Origin: Camelus ferus
Lineage: Eukaryota
Direction of reading: 5' to 3'
DNA length: 64,000 nucleotides
Assembly (NCBI RefSeq): GCF_009834535.1
Contig: NC_045707.1
Span: forward strand, 47,494,001 to 47,558,000
Part shown: positions 48,320 to 61,813 of the stretch, in pieces
Layout of the letters: each line of letters starts with the position of its first letter
Position numbering within the stretch: position 1 is the first letter of the stretch
The notes under the pieces: model-generated
What the model saw: the letters and a program-made list of their open reading frames with translations, nothing else
The model's database searches: none
What the model was told of the DNA's origin: nothing
Made by a program: the position numbers and the translations under genes

Positions 48320-49975
48320 CGCTTCTGGCCACGCTGGAGTAATTGATACCTATTTAGTCTTCTTACCATAAATAACTAGAAAAGTGGAAAAAAAAAAAAA
48401 ACTGTAAAACCACTGTTTTCAGAGACTGTACAACAAGTAATGTAGGGCTTTGATCCCTGAGAGAACAGAAGCATGTGAAGTGAGCCTTTTGACTACTCCA
48501 GCTTTTGACCTGGAAACATTTTCCAGACTGTGGTGCAGGTTGGGGGAAATCCAAGGAAAGCACGGTGGCCTCACTGAATCAAGGAATAATAGGTGAAAGT
48601 TCAGGGATGTTGAACTCAACTTTGCAAGGCAGAATGTCAGAGAGGAGGAAACAATGTAGAGGAAGAGCTCCAAAAGTCTGCATAGGGATCCACGTGAGCC
48701 TTTAGCTGAATGCTAAGCTTTATATACATAAGGAGGGATTCCATGAGGCCAGGCAGGCAATAAACAGTTATTAAGGGCTGCGGCTGAAAATGATCAGAAC
48801 TTGCAAAGCTGGGGAATGTTCAACTTCCAGCCAGTCAGAGAAGAAAGACGTTTGAACACTTGGGGACATTCAGTAGAAACCCCAGAAATGTCACACCTTA
48901 GGAGTAAAGCTTAACTAGCCCTAGCGTAAAGGCTAGTGCACACCAGACCTAACAGGCACAGAAACAAGACTGAAAGGATCCAGCTGAATGAACTACAGGT
49001 GTATTGAGTGCCTGCCAGAGCAGAATTCAACATCAAAGAAGACAACAAAATCCAGACCTGTCACCATAAATATCAAAAAATTACTAGACATACAAAGAAG
49101 CAGAAAACATGTGAGCTGTAAGCAGGAGAAAAATGATTCAATGGAAATAGAACGAAATGAGAGAGGATAGAACCATCAGACAAGTACTTTAACACAGCTC
49201 TTAGAATACACTTACGGATATAAAGGGAAAACTAATAATGAAAATAGAAGTGGAAATAAACAAATAGAACTTTTAGAGATTACAAAAAAAGAAAATTTCA
49301 CTGGATGAATATAATAGATTGTGCAAATAGAAAACAGCACGAGTGAATATTAAGACAAGGTAATCAAAACTGTCCAAATAAAGCACAGAGAGAAAAAAGG
49401 TGGGGGAAAAAAAGAACAGTGCCTTAGTGACCTGTGAGACAGTATCATGTAACCTAGCACACATGTAATTAATGTCAAGAAACAGTGGAGAGGAGGAAAA
49501 TATTTATAAAAATAATGGTTGAAAATAATGTAAATTTGATTAAAAATACGATCCCACAGATTCAAGAAACTCAACTCCAAGCAAAGTACACCAAAAAACA
49601 TCTGATTTGGATTTCATCTGAATTAAAGATATATCATATGTTTTTCAAAAGACACCATTACAAAAATGAAAGCCAAGACACAGACTGGAAGAAAATATTT
49701 GCAGCACATCTATCTGACAATTCAGAAGTATCCAGAATATATAAGGAACTCTTATTACTCAATCTGATCAGTGATTAGAGCCAGAGATGAGTGGAGGGCA
49801 CTGACTGCACAGGAGCAGGAGCATGAGGGATCTTTTGGGGGTAGTCGAAATATTCTCCTCTTGATTGTGGTTGTGGTTAAATGAGTATAAATATTTATCA
49901 AATCTATTCAAACTGTACAGTTAAGTTGGATGAATTTTATTTCATCTAAATTGTAGCTCAGTAAAGATAGTTTTA
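48320..49975 (+). mobile_element. Old L1M-type remnant (5' region, ORF1-like part and 3' end)
   Basis: Decayed ORF1-like stretch 49150-49600, ACAGACTGGAAGAAAATATTTGCA (ORF2 end) and an L1M-like 3' tail. Confidence 0.6.
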
Positions 49976-50193
49976 AAAAGAATAGGAAACTTGAATTTTA
50001 TTTTATTTTTTAATAATTTTGAGAGATTATGTTTACTTATTTTTGGAAAGATGTGAATAATTTTTCTTGAAAAAGAAGTTGAGGTAATCTATCATAGAGC
50101 TCTTTTACATTCTCATGGTACTTACATTTCGGTTTCTTAGTTCTTTTTATATCATTTGTGACTTTCATAATTAGGATCTTGTTTCTATTGTAG

Positions 50194-50394
50194 GTAACTC
50201 AACTAACAGAGAAGCTAAAGAATCAGTCAGAAAGCCATAAACAAGCCCAGGAGAATTTGCATGATCAGGTGCAAGAGCAGAAGGCACATCTTAGAGCTGC
50301 ACAAGACCGTGTCCTTTCCCTAGAAACCAGTGTGAGTGAATTAAATAGTCAATTAAATGAAAGCAAGGAGAAGGTTTCCCAGCTTGACATACAG
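50194..50394 (+). CDS. EEA1: EEA1 exon 15 (201 nt)
   Basis: TGTAG|GTA; VTQLTEKLKNQSESHKQAQE...SQLDIQ; CAG|GTAATT. Confidence 0.95.
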
Positions 50395-51359
50395 GTAATT
50401 TGAATTATGCAACTTAATATGAGTTTGTAAGAGTAAAGCTCCAATTTTAGGCCATCATATATTTAAAGTTCTGTTTCTGTCCTTCTTTCCTCCCTGCCTT
50501 ACTTATTAATGGAAAAAAATTAGGGATAGGAATTAAAAGTTGTATCTTGACACTTTGTTGAGCTTTCCTGGTTACATTTTTTTTCTCCTGTGGCAAGAGA
50601 GACTATTCTTCCTGAAACCACCAGATCTTTCTGCTTTTCTTTTTTTTATAAAGTATTTATTATGGTTTTTGAATTTCAAAGTAGTTTGATATTATACCAT
50701 TAGATTTTAAGTTAAAGATTATCTGAGTTACTTTGAATTTGATTTTTAAATTTTACTTTAAAGGTTTGATTTGGTACCATTATGTATTTTAACACATTTT
50801 CTTTCAGAGGCCATTATGGCAGTCTTGCTCAATGATTCAATCACAGGGTGGAAATTAAGACATATTTCTTTTTCCATTCTCATCACTGGTTTCTTAATCT
50901 GTATTATAGTACAGAAAGTTATAGAAACATTTCTGTACCTTAATTTTCTTTATTTTAGGAGAATAATCCCATTGAAAATCAGAAATAATATAATTAAGTA
51001 ATATAACATTATACTTACTAGAACGTAGAAAAAGAGGATATACATTTCTTTCTTTCTAACATATAATTGTTAGAGGAGTTACAGATAATTCAATATGTGG
51101 ATGTCCAGTTTAAGAGGGAGAAGTGTTTTGGTGTCATATAGGGGCATCTTTGTATCATTTATCAAAATATCATTAGGAGTCTTCTCTCCTACTCATTCCT
51201 GTTTGGGGGATTATCACGTACTTATATTTTAATGTCTAAATCCTATGTGTTCTGCCAAAGGAGCTTTTCTAATAATTTAGTGAGAAAAGTAATGTATATT
51301 CAAGCAAAGGGAAATCAGGAACTAAATACAAATTAAATGACTTGTAAATTTTGTTACAG

Positions 51360-51473
51360 ATTAAAGCCAAAACTGAATTATTGCTATCGGCAGAAGCAGC
51401 AAAAACTGCTCAAAGAGCAGATCTTCAAAATCATTTGGACACAGCCCAAAATGCATTACAAGATAAACAGCAG
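51360..51473 (+). CDS. EEA1: EEA1 exon 16 (114 nt)
   Basis: TACAG|ATT; IKAKTELLLSAEAAKTAQRADLQNHLDTAQNALQDKQQ; CAG|GTAGCG. Confidence 0.95.
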
Positions 51474-53692
51474 GTAGCGGAACCTGATGCAATTTCTTAC
51501 CATAACCTAATGTTTTGGTAGATAAATTAAGTAGAAACATGTATAAAAATGATACCCAGTTTTCTATAATGTTGTGATCTACTTGCTTATTCTCCTTAAT
51601 TTCTCCCTGAGTTCAGAACCAGTTGAGTGGTAGGTACAAGAGCCAGACAGATGGAGATAAAACTGTCATCTTTGTTTTTGATAAAACTCAACTTGTGTGC
51701 AGCTGAGGTCGGGCTTTTTGAGATTGTATTTCTCCCATAATACAGACCTTGGTGTGGAGCTGAAAAATTTATTCCTAATTATTGAATTGTTGCTTCATTC
51801 CATCAAGGGCCAGTGATTAAAGAGAGACAGACTTCCACAACTGTTCTTAGTAGGAAATTGGGCTATGACCCAAATATACTTACCACTGGAAGCACAAAAA
51901 GAGTACCATGTATTTCATCTCAGTAATAAGAGTTACTTTCTTTTCTTGGGGGGAAGGAGTAAGTGGGGCTGGAAGGAATACAGAAGTTATCTTTTCTCAG
52001 TATTTCTGATAGAATAAAAGCTTCCTACTTTAGGGTCACGGTCAAAATGCTGGTAGATTTTTGTTACCTTTTACCAGGTAGGACTTTTTAAAATGTACTT
52101 TTTATTTGAGAAGTAATACAGGTTGTTGATTCAGTTGTTTTTTTTTTTTTTGAAAACAATGCAGTAGTATATCAAGTTAACAAAGCAGAATCGTTTTCTA
52201 TATTTACCCTAAACCTCAATTCCATTTTCCTCCTTAGATGGAATGTTTGCCATTAAATTGGTATGTATCCTTCTAGACTTTTATAAGCATTGAACAAGTA
52301 TATAATACACACACACACACTCACTGATCTTTTTCTTTTACGTACATAGTATCATTAAATATGTTGTTTTGCAACTTACTTTTTACTTACATTATTGCTA
52401 AACACATCAGGAAAGTATTTTTTAAGCACAAGATCAGTGCCAGAAACTATAATGGAAAAACTGCTTATGAGAATATCCACATAAAAGTTTAAAATTTATC
52501 TGCCAAACATATTACTAACAAAATTCTATTAGCAAGTAGCAACAGAATAAAACATTTTCTGAAGTATGTCTGATGAAGGGTTAATATTTTTGACTTATAA
52601 AACACTATTCATATGAAAAAAGTCAACCTGCAAAAAAGTAAGTGATCAAAACTATACTCCCAAATCCTCAAGTTCATTAAGCATTAGCTTAAGACAATAA
52701 GGGAATACGCTCTTATGGAGGTAAAATGTTTGTGTCTATGTGTTTGACACTGGAAGGAATAGTCGTGGTATAGAAGAACATTGCTTATGATAGTATATAG
52801 TAGTTCAGCCTTTTGATGGTGGTAGGGGGAGCTGGTTGGTAATATATTTATTTCAAGACCTTTAGGATTTTTCATATTCTCTAGTTCACTGTTGGTCCTG
52901 TACCCTAAGAAAATAATCACAGCTTTAAGGATGCTGTTTGCATCTCTGCTGAAAACTTAGTAGCAATCTAAGAATATAAAATAGGACATTTGGCTAAAAA
53001 TTGGTCTGTATCAATAAAATAGAAATTTATGCAGTCAGGTATAACAATATTCTTGAAAATAATGCCATAGTTTCATGATGCATTGTTATGTAAAAACAAG
53101 GGAAGTTATGATAAAACTGTGTAAAGTGAGATCCTTTATTTTTAAAAGTACAAATCAAAAAATAGAAACTAACATTCAGAAAAGACTAGAAGGAAAGTTA
53201 TCAAAATATTAATAGTGATCATCTGTGGGTAGTGGATTTCCTAGTAATTTTTTTCTGCGCAACTACATATTCTGAATGAATTGAAAAAGTATCATAGATG
53301 TAGTCACTATAATTTAAAAAGATACTATTTAAAAAAATGGTGTGTCTTGAATGTTGAAAACATTTAATTGAAATATAAAAAGTGTTATTTTAGTATTAGC
53401 TTATTTAATATTCTGTTGTATCTTTTGGTTCCTAAAATAATTTTTCCTAGAAAAAGTTACTGAGCCGCTTATGTATATAAAGTTGTACCTCAGACTACGT
53501 ACAACTGGACTTCAGGTCCTTTATATTGGTGGGTAAATATAATCTGTGATACATTATTAGACTTATCTGTGGTCTTATTCAAAATAGTTTCTTAAATAAA
53601 GTTAAGGTTTTCTGTTTTACTTTGACCAAATATTTTGGCACTATAATAAAGTAAACCTTACCAAAGTTATCTTTAATTGTACTTTTCTATAG

Positions 53693-53848
53693 GAGTTAAG
53701 TAAGATCACTACTCAGTTGGATCAGGTCACTATGAAATTGCAGGATAAGCAAGAACATTGCAGTCAGCTGGAAAGTCATCTTAAAGAATATAAAGAGAAA
53801 CACCTCTCTTTAGAACAGAAAACTGAAAAATTAGAAGGTCAAATTAAG
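53693..53848 (+). CDS. EEA1: EEA1 exon 17 (156 nt)
   Basis: TATAG|GAG; ELSKITTQLDQVTMKLQDKQEHC...EGQIK; AAG|GTTTGT. Confidence 0.95.
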
Positions 53849-55546
53849 GTTTGTATAAAAGAAACTGAATTTAGCCATTATCTACTCTGTAGCAATGGAA
53901 ATTGATGACCTAGATGGAGTCAAAGATTTTAAATTTCTAAAGAAAGATGAAGTTGTGATGTAAATTGAAAAAAATTACTTGTAATTTTTCATGTCTTAAT
54001 TTTGAATTTTATCTTTTAATTTCTTCATTAATGGATGGCTTTTACAAGTAGAAGTTAACTTATATACTGATGCCACTGTATAAATGTTTCAAAGAGACAA
54101 ACAGCCAGGGGTCTACTCATTCTATAATTACAAGGAACTTATTTTTTTGTTGTTGTGAACTTTCTTCTGCTCTATCATTCCAGTCTCCTTATAATAATAG
54201 ACTTTTTTCTTTTTAAACTTTATATTTGTAAATATAAATATAATATTAGATTTTGTTTCTAATACTATTAAATTTATTATAATTTTTACTATAGCAAACT
54301 GTATCTGTCTTTAACATTACTACAAGTGAAAGTGTTGATTTATACTAAAGAAATTAAATGACTACACGTATGAGAGAAGGATTTGACCTGAGTCTTTTGT
54401 TCTCAGTTGGAACTACTATGAATTAAATTAAGACTTAAGTTACTATATATGTAACGTATACCTTCACAGTCAGATGAAGCACTTCTGTATAATTGTAGAA
54501 TCATAGGATATGTATATGTATACGTGTACATCCACACCAATATAACATGGAAGAAGAAAATTAAGTTTACAGTTCTGTCTATGGGTTCCTTTTTCTTTTC
54601 TTTATGGTCAATGATAATAGTATGATAAATTATTTGATGTAATAGTTGAACAGAAAAACTACTTTGCTGAAAAGCATCTAATAAGAATTCTATTTGCGTA
54701 TCTTCTAAAAATATTTATTTAGAACCAATAATGTCCATTGTGATCTATCACAGTATCAGATATTTAACATTTTGTACTTATTATTTTAGGGGGTATTCAA
54801 TCTATTTTATTTATTTTTGTATATATAGTTATAGAATTAACATAGTTACATGAAATATCCAATGGAAGTGCTGAGTAAGATCCACAAGTACCCAAATTGG
54901 TTTATAAAATATTTAGGGTGTAGAATTTTTACAACTATACAAGCAAATGCATTGCTTGTAGATGTTCAAACTATATACTTAACAGTTTGATTTTGTAAAT
55001 TTGTAAAAATACGGACAGTTTTTTATATATATGTATGAGACAGAAACCACACTGTGAAGAACAATAATCTCTAGACCAAGAGATTAAAGCAGCAAAATTA
55101 GGAGTTTAATTGGCTTTCTATTTAGGGTCAATAGGTGTTAGTGAGAAGGATGTCAGTGTTGTTAACTGTGAACATAAAGGATTATATATTGTAAGTGGGC
55201 CCATGTGTGTAAAACCTATTGCTTAGTTTTTTCATACTTGAGTTAATAATTTTTATTTAAATAATTATTTTAAAGTTTATTTTCTTATTCAGCATTCATT
55301 TTAAAAAGTAAAAACTTGGTGACTGCCTCTCATATATAAAGCCTGCTGCCAGGTCCTCTGAGAGATTCCAAGATAAATGGTTCCTTTATGCAGTGATGGC
55401 TTTAGAATGTGTTTTTCATTATAACATAAATATTTTTGGTTATTTTTTGTGTGTTATGTCAACACCAATTTGAGTATAAACAAAATGTTATGTTTCATAC
55501 AGAGATAATTGTTGACATTAAAATGATTATTATATTTCTTCCATAG

Positions 55547-55686
55547 AAACTAGAAGCTGATGCTCTTGAAGTTAAAGCAAGCAAGGAGCAAGCTTTGCAG
55601 GATCTACAACAGCAAAGACTGCTGAATGCAGATTTAGAGCTTAGAGCCACAGAACTGAGTAAACAACTTGAAATGGAGAAAGAAAT
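55547..55686 (+). CDS. EEA1: EEA1 exon 18 (140 nt)
   Basis: CATAG|AAA; KLEADALEVKASKEQALQDLQQQR...EMEKE; AT|GTAAGC, phase 2. Confidence 0.95.
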
Positions 55687-58308
55687 GTAAGCCAAACTAC
55701 TTAAGGGAGAGGATTATAAACTAAGTATTGAAATTTTCTTAAGGTTTCAATTTTGCTATCACAGTGCTTAGAGATTTATTAAATGTTTCTTTGTATTGAT
55801 TCTATAAACTGCTGATATTAATGTGAATGAAAAATAAAGCCATTGTAATATGGTCTAATAGGAAGGCTTGCGACCAGTCACATTTCGGTAGACTTTGTCT
55901 TTAAATGCTAAATAGATCACTCTAAGTTGACAGACTTGATCTGTGTCAAGAGGATGAGGGTGTTTGACTCTCAGTAGTAAAGACGGAAGCTGGGATCCTG
56001 GGAAATGAAATAAAACCCATCAAAATTGATGATAATTATTTTTCATTGCATGGTTTCATCCTTGTTTTGAGAGTAATGACAGAAAAAGCTTTTGTTTTCA
56101 CATCTAGTAATTTGGGTCTTGGTACTGTGAATTTGAGGATATAAAGATACATCTTGTGCCTCAGATGGCATTTCTTCTCACTGTTAACATCATATTTCCA
56201 GTGCCTAGGCATTTAGGGAGTACATTTGATCCTCTGTATTACCCATTGAGTGGCTGGTCATCTCTAGAACCCAGTCATATGTCCATGAAGATGACCTCTG
56301 AGTTGGTTCTTACTCTCTTAGGCCCAATGGTTCTTTCCATTTCTAATGGATTTAAGGGAAATGGGCCCATTTCCATTCTGTGTTCTAATCTCATGGTTCA
56401 GAACTCAGGGTCTTTCACATCATATTGGGGTAGGAAAACGTTTTTAATACTAAGGGTTTATCCCTCCCCCCCTTATACTTTATGCAAACATTTCTTATGT
56501 AGGGTCCTGCATTTCTAGAGAACTAGCAAGAAATGAGGGCTGGGTTAACACATCTGGGATTTGACTAAACCTCACCCCTGATCATAGGGCCCAGCCTAAA
56601 TAGGGTACAGGGCTCCCCTTTCTCAAGGGCCACCTACATTATGCAAGCAACTCTTTCCCTTCAATTTCCATCTTACAATGTGTTTTCATTACTTTGCAGT
56701 TTAATGTGTTTTCAAATATCCTTTGTACTTTCTTCTTCTGTTGTTTACTTTTCAAATACTTAGGGCTCTTCTGGATATCTTACTGTTATGGGTTTCTAAT
56801 TTAATTCCATTGTGGTCAGAGGACACAGTAAAATTCAGACTTTTCAAACTGTCTTATTTAGGGAACAGTGTATGCACATATATGTATTCTGTGTTGGATA
56901 GAGCGTTCTGTAAATACCAACTAGGTTAAGGTGGTTGATAATGTTGTTCTAATCTTCTGTTCCCTTGCTAATTCGTTTCTCTGGTTGTTCTGTCAGTTTC
57001 TGAGAAAGGGGTGTTAAGGCTCCCAGGTTGTGGATTGATTTATTACTTCCTTTAGTGGCTTAAAAAAAACAAACAAACTAAGTTTTATATTCACTATGCA
57101 AGCCTTTATATTTGTTTTGCCTTCTTTCACATAGTCTTCTGATTTTACAGTAATTATTTATAGGAAAGTTAAGTAGCATGGTACATAAATACATCAAGTC
57201 CTAATTTTAAGGTTGCTTGACAGGGATTTTAACTATATTAAAATGGTAAAATAATAGTGTAATGACTTTTCTCTTTAGAGCTTTAAAAATCAGTGAGGTA
57301 CAGTATCTTATGAATGTACTTAACTTCATATTTTCTGACTGCTTTTCAAAAAGTACAAGTTTCTGGGACTAAAAGTTAGAAAATTTCAAGGTATGTATGC
57401 AGTTCTGGTATTGTATTAATATCCGCCTTCAATTATGTGGCTGCTACATCTTTTGGCAACTTCTGTTTAACATACTGTTGAATTTATACTGATAATAAAG
57501 TACACTGGGTATAGTATGCATTCTAGAAGTATTACTTTGCACCTGGTTTTATTTTCACTTTAAAGATGGTTGATCTTTAATGTGTGCTTTTCTTTTGATA
57601 CATAACATGCATAATTTTATTCCTCTTATGAAAACAGTGTCTTTAACTCTTTAAAAGCTACATCTTCATCACCTCATTCTTGTAACTTTTTTATTCATTC
57701 GAGTATAGAAAACTTATGTTAAGGGACAAATGATAACAAATCTCTTACATAATCTGCTAGGCTGTAGGATTAAAGTAAATCTTTTGTCCTTCCTCTGTGT
57801 TTGAAATGAAATATATACATATTTAACTATTTTTTTCTGGGTTAACCTTATGCATTTTGAAGTTTAAGACCTGTCAAACAAATGTGTTTTATGTTTTCAA
57901 GGAAGGAGGCAAAGTTCTCAATGTGCTTGGGGTCTAACATAATAAATAGGTTCTTTAGGGTATTTGGAAAAACTTTTCTGGCTATTGTAGACTCTACGGT
58001 TTGCTGTATGCACATTCTTTGGGGATATACTGTGGTCTTCAAGACTGAATTTAGTCAAAGGGTTAGATGGTCTTGGCTTTACCACTAATTTATTTGACTT
58101 GAGGAGAATCGTCTTTATCTGTTAAAAGATCAGATCAGATGTCTTAAGGCATTTTTCAGTTGTGTGGTTTTATGACATTAAATTATTACTTTTACTTCTT
58201 AACACAGGGAAGTCTTAAAACTCAGTAATTTATTTATTAATTTTTAAGGATAAATTAGAAATTATAAATTACTGCAATTATTTAAAAAATTGTTTCTTGA
58301 ATCTTTAG

Positions 58309-58639
58309 AGTATCCAGTACAAAGTTAGACCTACAGAAGAAATCTGAAGCCCTTGAAAATACTAAGCAAATGCTTACCAAGCAAGAGGAAGAAAAAATGA
58401 TCCTTAAACAAGAAATTGAAAGTTTAAGTCAAGATGCAAAGATGCAGCACCAGGAATTGAATAACAAAATTCAAACAGCAGCAACAGAACTACAAAAAGT
58501 AAAGATGGAGAAAGAAACTGTAATGACAGAGCTTTTCACAGCAAAAGAGAAATTATCAAAACTTTCTGATTCTTTGAAGAACTCCAAAAGTGAATTTGAA
58601 AAAGAAAATCAGAAAGGAAAAGCTGCTATATTAGATTTG
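58309..58639 (+). CDS. EEA1: EEA1 exon 19 (331 nt)
   Basis: TTTAG|A; VSSTKLDLQKKSEALE...GKAAILDL; TTG|GTTAGT. Confidence 0.95.
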
Positions 58640-58848
58640 GTTAGTTTATGTTTACTTTCTTAGGTAGAAGTGATTTAGATTTAAAATGTACTGATTTTTC
58701 TGCTTAATTCACAGTTGACCTTTCAGCCTACATTTAAATGATTTGAAAGTTTTTATGAAGAAAGGAATTGGGATTACTTAACCTGAGAAAAAGATACTGG
58801 TGTTTGTGTAATCTTCCAGTGGCCCAAGAAATTTTAAGTTGAAAAATT

Positions 58849-58950
58849 TTTTTCTGTTGCTGCTCTGATGCTAGATTTGAATCTTTTTCTGTTGTTGGTC
58901 TGATGCTAGATTTGAGTCTTTTTCTGTTGTTGGTCTGATGATAGATTTGA
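58849..58950. repeat. 35-bp minisatellite, about 3 copies
   Basis: Unit TTTTTCTGTTGTTGGTCTGATGCTAGATTTGAGTC starting at 58849, 58884 and 58919 with few substitutions. Confidence 0.93.
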
Positions 58951-59796
58951 GAGGTACTGCAGCACGTTTGTCCTTAGGAACATTTCCACAGAGAACATAG
59001 CTGCTGGTTGAAATGTCATTCGCTTGCTTGAAAAAAAAAAGAAAAAAGACCAGAAGTATCTTGATGATTCTTAACTCTAATTCTGTAAACTTTCTACTTC
59101 TTTATTCAGTATAGAAAACTTTAGATAATACTATATGTCAGAGGTATCAAAAACATATTTAAACTATAGGGAAAAAAAATCTGAGTCTTAGGAAATGCTT
59201 AAATGAGAATGTATTCTCAGAAATATTTTAACCCAGAATAACAAAGAGTAACAGCAGAAGTAAAATTCTTTTGTTCTCAATATGAAGGTCAGTGGAAGTA
59301 TTGAGTAGTATAAAAAATATATGATTTTTGTGTGTTACTTTTGTGTTCCTTTCTGTTTGAAGAAAACATCTTCTATCTGTACATCTTCTCTCTTAGGTTA
59401 TATGTGATTATTTTTATTTATTATTTTAATACTTTTTTAAAAAAATTTCCTTGCTTATATTTTCTTGAAGCCCATTCTGCTTTTAAAATAGCATAAATTA
59501 ATTTAATTCTATGACATAAAAATGTAGTTTCCAAAGTGTTCTAAAATATTGTCTAAATATTATCTAAAATATTTGTGTGATTATTGGTTGATGATAGAAA
59601 CTCTTAGCCTTTCCTGTCTCTCCCCTCTGCTGCTGTATTTGCCTGTTTTTATTATTGACATGGTTGATTCTATCCCATCTTAAATCATCAATGATTAGAG
59701 TTTATTTTTTGTGTGTGGATTTTACTAAGCTTATAAACCAAAATTCTTAAGTTTACTACAGATATTTTCTGCAAAATGTAATCTCCATTTTTTTAG

Positions 59797-59898
59797 GAGA
59801 AAACTTGCAAAGAATTAAAGCATCAACTTCAAGTACAGACGGAAAGCACACATAAGGAACAGAATGAACTGAAAAAATTACTTGAAAAAGAGAAGGAG
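59797..59898 (+). CDS. EEA1: EEA1 exon 20 (102 nt)
   Basis: TTTAG|GAG; EKTCKELKHQLQVQTESTHKEQNELKKLLEKEKE; GAG|GTAAGA. Confidence 0.95.
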
Positions 59899-61618
59899 GT
59901 AAGATTTTCTTTTTCTGTAAAATAAAATATATAAAGCATAATATATATTGTACTTTCAATATTTTCACACTGATAAGTCAAAAGAACATTTATTTCTCTG
60001 AATTGTAATGGATCACATACATAGTTTAAAATTGTCATTTGTGTTCTACTAAAAAGAGTTAAGCCAGTTTATAATAAAAGGTAAAAAAAATGAAGGATTG
60101 TAATTAATAAAAGTGGGAAATTGAGTCAATTAACTATAGAGTTACAATTAGATAATCTAGATTGAAGAACATTATTATGGTTGGAAAAAAAATCTTGATA
60201 GACTCTCTAGAAATGACATTTTAAGGGCTCTTTATTTCATGGACTTTTATATTAATGGTATATTTGATGGCTGTATAACAAGAAAGTTTTCCATGGTTAA
60301 TGCTTCTACTGTTCTCTATCACAAACAAACAAGCAAATGAGTAAATAAATGGACATATTATGTATTGTTCTTCTCTGAAGGCATACCTCTAGCAGCTAGA
60401 GTCCAGGCATATAGCTTTCTAGAGATCTGATTTCATCAAGCAGCAAAACCTAGTCCTGACAAGTGTTTAGTGTGATTGTATTCTGGTTGTTGGCTGAAAG
60501 AAGACACCTGTACTTTAGATGCTGGCCGTAAGTGGCAAAATTATACTTAGTGCCCAAGCTCTGAATCCAGATTATCCAGATTTATATCCTGGCTGTGCCA
60601 TTTATTAGCCATGCTGTGTTGCCTTGTCGAGGAAGATTACTTGAGCTCTCTGAGTGCCATTTTCCTCAGCAGTAAGATGGGGCTAATCACAGGATTACTG
60701 AGAAATAAATGGGTTAAAATATTTCAAAGTGCTTAGAAGACCAGCTGTAACAAAGTAAGTGGTCAAGTATTAGCTATTAATCGCTGGTTATCCTAACATA
60801 ATTATTATTATTGTTAACACTACCTGACTCCTGTTTTGCAAACAAAAACCAAAAAACAAAAAACTTTCCCTTTGCATTGGAGTTAAGCTGAAACATCCAT
60901 ATATAGCACTGAAACTTTTTCATAAGTAGCTTTGAATATAGTCAAATGCTCAAATTAGGTTCTTAATGAAGTATGCATAAAACATGAAAACATGACTTTG
61001 GCCACAGAGGAACTTCAGTGTGACATATATAATAACTTTGAACAGAAATATATCCTAGTACTTTTTATAAACAAGATAATAGCAAAATATTCCTCCGATC
61101 TCAAAATGAGGAAACTATTGTGTGGTATAGTTTACTGTCATCAGACAGATATGAAACATATTTCCGAAAAATCATTTTAGTTTTATCAGTTAATATGAAG
61201 CTGTCCTTTCTGACTGACTGTGGCTAACACGGTCAGTTAGAATTTTGAGAATATTCTTGAAAGACAGTAGACATTTCAGCAGTCTAAAGACTGATGTTGA
61301 TATTCCTGTTTTCTGTGATACCAAGGAATACTAGCCTAGTTCATTTATAAGCTCTATCCAAATGTGTAAGTTAAAAAGGAAGGTAGGATTGAACAAATAT
61401 TGAAGATAATCCACTATGTCATCTAATAGTGAATAGTGTCAGTTAATGAAAACTCCATGAGGACAAGGGTTTTTCTTTTTGGTTTACTACTAATTAATTA
61501 CATGTGGTCAACAGACTCAGTAGTTTCTACTTCAAGTGGTGCTTGGATGAAGCAGGTACTCAATAAGTGTGTGTTGAATGGGTAAGTAAATGCTGAACAG
61601 ATTTTTTTTTTCTTTTAG

Positions 61619-61813
61619 ACTTCTCATCAGTTGAAGTTAGAGCTCAATTCAATGCAGGGACAAGTCACAAAGGCCCAGAATACTTTAAAACAAAAGGAAA
61701 AAGAAGAACAGCAACTTCAGGGTAACATAAATGAGCTAAAGCAATTGACTGAGCAGAAGAAAAAGCAAATTGAAGCACTCCAAGGAGAAATTAAAGTTGC
61801 TGTTTCACAGAAG
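61619..61813 (+). CDS. EEA1: EEA1 exon 21 (195 nt); gene continues beyond window
   Basis: TTTAG|ACT; TSHQLKLELNSMQ...EIKVAVSQK; AAG|GTAGTG. Confidence 0.95.

Larger units (their letters stand above)
10566..61813 (+). other. EEA1: EEA1 gene body, partial (inferred exons 3-21), with two frame disruptions as assembled
   Basis: 19 exons with AG/GT boundaries and compatible phases translate collinearly to EEA1 from (Q)CMKSLGSADELFKHYEAVH to EIKVAVSQK. Confidence 0.96.

Noticed and set aside
55495..55695. Minus-strand ORFs over exons 8, 18, 20 and 21
   Set aside because: Antisense shadows of EEA1 coding exons.
58849..58950. CRISPR-like 35-bp repeats
   Set aside because: Mammalian DNA, contiguous units without spacers, no cas genes.
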